Position numbers and translations under genes: made by a program
Shown: positions 59,320-64,000 of the stretch, in pieces
Layout: each line of letters opens with the position of its first letter
How positions within the stretch are numbered: the first letter of the stretch is position 1
Notes under the pieces: model-generated
Told to the model about the DNA's origin: nothing
The model's database searches: none
The model's input: only the letters and a program-made list of their open reading frames with translations
Virus record (IMG/VR): IMGVR_UViG_3300032242_002920
Span: 32,001 to 96,000 of that record
DNA: 64,000 nucleotides
Strand: one strand, 5' to 3'
From: a virus

Positions 59320-60693
59320 ATGAGTGCTAATGGACAACTGGCGGCGAGCGAACTAGCTCCAATTACAGGCGGAGGTCATCTTCGTAAAGATGCCGCTCTT
59401 GCTTGGAATGGTTTTGCAAAATATTGCCTTGCCGTTCATGGCGCTCATGTTGCTGTTAATGATTCTTATCGCGTTCTTGGTCATCCGGGAGATTATGCTA
59501 GGGGAATTTGGAGCCAATGGGCCGCGTGGGAAAGATACAAAGCGGGTGGCAACTTATCCGCTGTTCCGGGATCTAGCAACCACGGCTGGGGATTGGCAGT
59601 AGACGTGCCACCAGCAACTCAGGATCTTATTCATAAATATGGAGATGGATTTGGGTTCAATAAAGCTAAATCCGACGCTCCAACAGAAAATTGGCATTTT
59701 CGTTGGGATGGGTATATTCGTCCCGACCTTAAACTTCGTTGGTGTTCTTCATCAACTGGCGCGCCCGTACTACACCCCGGATATAGAGGTCCAGCGGCTA
59801 TCACTCTTAAGAAGAGGCTTCGTGCTTGGGGTTATTTCCCTCTTGCAATGAGGATTGATAATAATTATGCTGGTAAAATCGTTCCAATGGTTCAGAGTTT
59901 TCAGTCCCATCATGGACTTGCTCCTGATGGTGTTGTTGGCCCAACTACTTGGCATGAACTTAATAAGGTCCCACCTCCCGGACCCAAGCCAATTGTAAAA
60001 CCCAAGCCCAAACCCCCTGTTCCTGCACCCAAACCTAAGCCGGTTCCGGTGACTCCCCCTAAACCTAAACCAGTACCAAAAAGCAAGTATTTTGCTGATG
60101 TTTATGAAGGTGATCAGTTTAATGCTTCTCAGTATAAGGCTGGCAATTATCCTTTGATTGTTCTTAAGGCATCAGAGGGAGCAACTTACAAAGATCAAGC
60201 TTTTAATGCCAGATTTCGTGATGCTGGGCATATTGGACTTACTAGGTTTATTTATCATTTTGCTCGCCCCGGAAATGGAAATACCCCAATTGCGGAAGCG
60301 CAAAATTTTGTTGCTGCTATTAATGGTGCTGGCAAACTCAATCCTGATGATCGCCTTGTTCTTGATTGGGAAGATCCTAAGTTTGAAAATAAAAATGGCG
60401 ACAAATGGATTGCAGATTTTTGTCACGAAGTTGGCAAACTTGGTCATACCGTTCGTGTACTTTATAGCGGTGGTTGGTATCTCCCCGGCACAGTAACTAA
60501 ATGGCCCGTTGATCATACTGGTAAGGCTCTCAAGTATTGGCATAGCGCTTATACCGCCGACCCATCATCTAATGTACCACCTATGGCTAAACCAAATCTT
60601 TGGGCTTGTCAATATACCGATGGTACCGTAGGCACACTTGAGCCTAAGCAGGCTCGGGGAATTGGACATTGTGACATGTCCTTCCTAGTTTGA
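59320..60693 (+). CDS. Endolysin: M15 peptidase + PG-binding domain + Pro/Lys linker + GH25 muramidase
   Basis: DSYR...SNHGWGLAVD...ENWH; FQSHHGLAPDGVVGPTTW; PKP repeats; ADVY...LKASEG...YHFA...LDWED. Confidence 0.88.
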   Translation: MSANGQLAASELAPITGGGHLRKDAALAWNGFAKYCLAVHGAHVAVNDSYRVLGHPGDYARGIWSQWAAWERYKAGGNLSAVPGSSNHGWGLAVDVPPATQDLIHKYGDGFGFNKAKSDAPTENWHFRWDGYIRPDLKLRWCSSSTGAPVLHPGYRGPAAITLKKRLRAWGYFPLAMRIDNNYAGKIVPMVQSFQSHHGLAPDGVVGPTTWHELNKVPPPGPKPIVKPKPKPPVPAPKPKPVPVTPPKPKPVPKSKYFADVYEGDQFNASQYKAGNYPLIVLKASEGATYKDQAFNARFRDAGHIGLTRFIYHFARPGNGNTPIAEAQNFVAAINGAGKLNPDDRLVLDWEDPKFENKNGDKWIADFCHEVGKLGHTVRVLYSGGWYLPGTVTKWPVDHTGKALKYWHSAYTADPSSNVPPMAKPNLWACQYTDGTVGTLEPKQARGIGHCDMSFLV

Positions 60694-60707
60694 TATAATA
60701 TAGTTGC

Positions 60708-60781
60708 GCCGAAGTAGCTCAGTTGGCCAGAGCGCCTCACTTGTAATGAGGATGCCGGGGGTTCGAATCCCTCCTTCGGCT
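60708..60781 (+). tRNA. tRNA-Thr(TGT)
   Basis: GCCGAAG/CTTCGGC; CCTCA-CT-TGT-AA-TGAGG. Confidence 0.93.
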
Positions 60782-60825
60782 CTTATAATCTTATCTCCTG
60801 ACATTAATTATTGAAAGGAGGTTTC

Positions 60826-61143
60826 ATGGACCCACAGAAAATTATTTCGGCTGTTCAAGGACTTATTGCGTCTATTACCGCTGGCCTCGTTTCATTTGGT
60901 ATTCTCGGTGGTGCGCAAGCATCTGCAATTCAAGCTTTTATTGTCTCTGCAATTGCTTTTGTTTCTGCTATTGGTATTCATTCCGTTCGTTCTGCAACTT
61001 TAAGTGCGGAAGATGCTGCCACTTATGATCCTACTGCTGTTCCGCCAGCAAATTTAATTGTTGACCCATCTGCCGATGCATCCGCAGTTACTCCCGATGC
61101 ATCAACAATTGATGGACCTACCTATAACTCTGAAGGAGTGTGA
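60826..61143 (+). CDS. Holin-like two-TM protein with an acidic tail
   Basis: GAAAGGAGG RBS; downstream of the endolysin; two hydrophobic helices. Confidence 0.65.
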   Translation: MDPQKIISAVQGLIASITAGLVSFGILGGAQASAIQAFIVSAIAFVSAIGIHSVRSATLSAEDAATYDPTAVPPANLIVDPSADASAVTPDASTIDGPTYNSEGV

Positions 61144-61158
61144 TCCTTATCTAGCGGG

Positions 61159-61194
61159 TCCCGGCTTGAAATACAGCCGGGATTTTGCTATGAT
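61159..61194 (+). terminator. Intrinsic terminator with embedded promoter
   Basis: TCCCGGCT-TGAAATAC-AGCCGGGA-TTTT; TTGAAA(61166)-17-TATGAT(61189). Confidence 0.7.
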
Positions 61195-61204
61195 GTTTCT
61201 ACTT

Positions 61205-61277
61205 GCCCTTGTAACTCAATTGGTAGAGTAGGAGACTTTTAATCTCAAGGTTGTAGGTTCGAGTCCTACCGGGGGCA
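61205..61277 (+). tRNA. tRNA-Lys(TTT)
   Basis: GCCCTTG/CGGGGGC; GAGA-CT-TTT-AA-TCTC. Confidence 0.9.
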
Positions 61278-61279
61278 TT

Positions 61280-61573
61280 ATGAATAAATATATTACGGGA
61301 ACAAAACAAAAAGTTATAAATGTTCATAAGGAAAACGCAGATTGCCGCAAGTATGGTTGTTGCGTTCATAGTCCTTCTGATCATAATATGAAAAATTGGC
61401 CTACTCATTGGCGCGACGATCACGGTATGATGGAGAGAATTTGCGAGCATGGTGTTGGTCATCCCGATCCAGATCACATTGGTTGGGTATCTCGTAATGT
61501 TGGTTCTAGGGCTGCTAAGATTGTATCTATACATGGCTGCGACGGTTGTTGCAGAAAGGAAAATAATGAATAA
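61280..61573 (+). CDS. Cys/His-rich hypothetical protein of a type seen in actinophages
   Basis: CCVHSPSDH...MERICEHGVGHPDPD...HGCDGCC. Confidence 0.7.
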   Translation: MNKYITGTKQKVINVHKENADCRKYGCCVHSPSDHNMKNWPTHWRDDHGMMERICEHGVGHPDPDHIGWVSRNVGSRAAKIVSIHGCDGCCRKENNE

Positions 61574-61886
61574 GAATAAGAAGTTTTGGAAGAAACAAGC
61601 TAAAGCTTGGCGAGAGATTGCCGAAATAGAAACTGAATCTGCTAACGATTGGTCGGCAAAGTATTATTACCTTAATATGGAATACGAAGATCTTGACGCC
61701 AAGTACGTAGACCTTATTAGTAAATATGAAACTGCAAGGCGCGAGCTTAATACTCTTCGTCAATATAATATTGGAAGAAAAACTAATGCGTCAAATACTA
61801 CCGGAACTTCTGGTAGTGGCTATTCGTACAATACCACTTTTGATTTTACAAAACCTAAGAAGAAAAAGCGTTGGCGTCGAAGTTAG
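61566..61886 (+). CDS. Coiled-coil hypothetical protein with basic termini
   Basis: GAAAGGA RBS before ATG 61566. Confidence 0.55.
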   Translation: MNKNKKFWKKQAKAWREIAEIETESANDWSAKYYYLNMEYEDLDAKYVDLISKYETARRELNTLRQYNIGRKTNASNTTGTSGSGYSYNTTFDFTKPKKKKRWRRS

Positions 61887-61894
61887 TAATTTAT

Positions 61895-61965
61895 TGGGGG
61901 ATCGTCTAAAGGCAGGACAACGGTCTTTGGAACCGTGAATCTAGGTTCGAATCCTAGTCCCCCAG
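61895..61965 (+). tRNA. tRNA-Gln(TTG)
   Basis: TGGGGGA/TCCCCCA; ACGGT-CT-TTG-GA-ACCGT. Confidence 0.92.
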
Positions 61966-62054
61966 TTTATAAAATTCTTAACAATTATAACTGAATAGAT
62001 CGCAACATAATGATTAGAAGACAAGTTAATTTTCAACATAAGGAGGCACAAGTT

Positions 62055-62276
62055 ATGTCAACGACAGAAACTGACAAGGATACTCTTGCCGATCATCGTG
62101 TTTCCACTTTTGAAGAGCTTGGATTTTCAAAAGAAGATTCAGAAAAACTTGCATTAACAAAAAATATTGATATAATCAATGGTAAGCAATATAGCTTTCC
62201 TCTCTCTTGGCACAAAGTCAAGAAAATGCTAGATAATGGTTGTAGTCATGAGCTAGCTCTTAAAATACTATTATAA
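62055..62276 (+). CDS. Small hypothetical protein
   Basis: AAGGAGG RBS; ends LDNGCSHELALKILL. Confidence 0.6.
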   Translation: MSTTETDKDTLADHRVSTFEELGFSKEDSEKLALTKNIDIINGKQYSFPLSWHKVKKMLDNGCSHELALKILL

Positions 62277-62284
62277 GGACAAAT

Positions 62285-63052
62285 ATGACAGAAGAAACAC
62301 ATTTTACTCCAAAGCTTGGCAAGGCACAGGCTCGCCCCGATGCCGTAAAGTTAAAGTTCAGTAACTACATTAATACTACGCAACTTCCTACGCCACCTGT
62401 TTCTTTTGGTCATGAAGCCCTGATTAGTTCTTGGGGTATGCTTGGCAATGATCGCTACGGTGATTGTGTTTGGGCTGGTGCAGCACACGAAACGGCAATG
62501 TGGAATAAGGAAGCTAATCATGTTGTTAACTTTACTGATCAGGCCGTTCTTTCGGACTACTCTGCTGTAACAGGATTTAATCCTAATGATCCTAGCACCG
62601 ACCAAGGAACCGATATGCAAAAGGCCGCTTCTTATCGAAAGAAGTCTGGCATTAGGGATGCAACTGGCAAGCGTCATCAGGTCGCGGCTTACTTGTCCAT
62701 CACTCCCGGCAACGTTCAAGAGCACCTTCTTGCTATGTATCTTTTTGGTGCAGTTGGTATTGGTATCACATTCCCAGATAGTGCAATGAGGCAATTTCAT
62801 TACTCGCAGCCTTGGGACATTGTTCCCGGAGCACAAATTCAAGGTGGTCATTATATTCCCCTTGTCGCTCGTCGTAACAATATGCTTGTGTGTGTTACAT
62901 GGGGTCGCACTCAGCCAATGACTGATGCATTCTTTAGTAAGTACAATGATGAGTCGATTGTTTATATTTCTAATGAAATGCTTGTAAATGGTAAATCTCC
63001 TGAAGGATTTAATGCACAGCAACTTCAGGCCGATCTCGCACAGCTTCACTAA
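62285..63052 (+). CDS. Papain-like (C1-type) cysteine peptidase
   Basis: WGMLGNDRYGDCVWAG...GGHYI...VTWG. Confidence 0.7.
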   Translation: MTEETHFTPKLGKAQARPDAVKLKFSNYINTTQLPTPPVSFGHEALISSWGMLGNDRYGDCVWAGAAHETAMWNKEANHVVNFTDQAVLSDYSAVTGFNPNDPSTDQGTDMQKAASYRKKSGIRDATGKRHQVAAYLSITPGNVQEHLLAMYLFGAVGIGITFPDSAMRQFHYSQPWDIVPGAQIQGGHYIPLVARRNNMLVCVTWGRTQPMTDAFFSKYNDESIVYISNEMLVNGKSPEGFNAQQLQADLAQLH

Positions 63053-63060
63053 GCAGTTCA

Positions 63061-63131
63061 GCATCTGTGGTGTAGTGGTAACATCAGAGCCTTCCAAGCT
63101 CTTGTCGCGGGTTCGAATCCCGCCAGATGCT
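63061..63131 (+). tRNA. tRNA-Gly(TCC)
   Basis: GCATCTG/CAGATGC; AGAGC-CT-TCC-AA-GCTCT. Confidence 0.92.
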
Positions 63132-63196
63132 TTCAAATCTGTCTTAATCAAGCAGATAAATTATATAGCAGACAAGTACATAGGATTTAATTTTTA

Positions 63197-64000
63197 ATGT
63201 CACAGATCACCCCTTATTTGGGACTCACAGTATGGAACGATTTGGCGGATCCTTACGATTCGTCTCAACTCGTTGATAATTTTATTAAGATCGATAATCA
63301 CGACCATACTGGCGGCGGTAAGGGCATCCAAATTGATACCGCAGCGATTAAAGATTCTGCTGTAACGACAGCTAAAATTGCTGACGGAGCAATTACCAAT
63401 TCAGATGTTAATGCAAGCGCAGGAATTGTAGATACTAAGCTTTCCACTATTTCAACTGCTGGTAAGGTATCTAATAGCGCTCTTGCCAATGCTGGCGTAA
63501 CCGCCATTAACGGAACGTCTGTGACACTGGGATCACCGGCAACAATTACTGCTGCTCCTACCGGAACCGCAGGTGGCGACCTTACTGGAACCTACCCAAA
63601 TCCAACCCTTTCAACAACTGGAGTTAACGCTGGCACTTATAGTAATGTAACTGTTGATACTAAGGGTCGCGTTAGCGCTGGAACAAAAATTGATTATGGT
63701 ACCGGTCCGTTACCTACTTCTCCGTCTGCTGGCGACGAATACTACTATGTTGCAGACTCTACAGATGGAGTAGTTTGGCACCTTAGATACAAGGACTCAA
63801 CTAATAAATGGGAATTTGTTGGTGGAGCGCCATTGGCTGCCGTTCAAAATATTGGCACAAGCTCTACTTTAAATGCTGCAACATTAGGTACATCTTATGT
63901 TTACGCGCTTACGTCGGGAGTTTCGGGACCATCATTGACCGTTCCATTTGCTGGAACATATAGAATAGAATTTGGATTTGATGCTTCTAATTCAAATAAT
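63197..64000 (+). CDS. Tail fiber-like protein, 3'-partial (not in the ORF track)
   Basis: [15 protein letters not shown]...[11 protein letters not shown]...[13 protein letters not shown]...[14 protein letters not shown]...VTVDTKGRV; open to the window end. Confidence 0.75.
   Translation, partial: MSQITPYLGLTVWNDLADPYDSSQLVDNFIKIDNHDHTGGGKGIQIDTAAIKDSAVTTAKIADGAITNSDVNASAGIVDTKLSTISTAGKVSNSALANAGVTAINGTSVTLGSPATITAAPTGTAGGDLTGTYPNPTLSTTGVNAGTYSNVTVDTKGRVSAGTKIDYGTGPLPTSPSAGDEYYYVADSTDGVVWHLRYKDSTNKWEFVGGAPLAAVQNIGTSSTLNAATLGTSYVYALTSGVSGPSLTVPFAGTYRIEFGFDASNSNN

Noticed and set aside
59970-60085. CCCAAG/CCTAAA-type tandem repeat
   Set aside because: It encodes the Pro/Lys linker of the endolysin and is not a DNA element.
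62351-63151. Long antisense ORFs (also 23424-24035 and 48997-49542)
   Set aside because: They are shadows of well-supported opposite-strand genes or tRNAs.

Overview
A 64 kb AT-rich segment of a large tailed dsDNA phage with a contractile tail. Its gene order recalls Bxz1/Myrna-type actinobacterial myoviruses. 1-36.5 kb (+ strand): head genes (scaffold-like protein, decoration protein, major capsid), neck, tail sheath and tube, a -1 frameshifted tail chaperone, a short tape measure and a large baseplate. This block is interrupted by a reverse-strand pair of NlpC/P60 cell-wall hydrolases and a reverse-strand membrane moron. 36.5-52.1 kb (- strand): replication and recombination operon (SNF2 helicase, sigma-region-4 protein, RuvC, Cas4-like nuclease, Hjc-like nuclease, RecA, DnaE, SSB-like protein, primase, DnaB/DnaC-like proteins, kinase). 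52.2-64 kb (+ strand): a structured leader, class II ribonucleotide reductase, 13 tRNAs plus a tRNA-Val 3' fragment, a large split glycoside hydrolase, a dual-catalytic endolysin, holin-like proteins and a partial tail fiber. Most notable: the baseplate hub appears split into three tandem paralogous N-terminal halves, each with a different cell-wall enzyme (SGNH esterase plus M15 peptidase; NlpC/P60; lytic transglycosylase), and one separate C-terminal half. This suggests a heteromeric multi-enzyme drilling tip. Several enzymes resemble, from memory, Thermoleophilia (Solirubrobacterales) proteins. All calls come from visual motif recognition; no searches were run.
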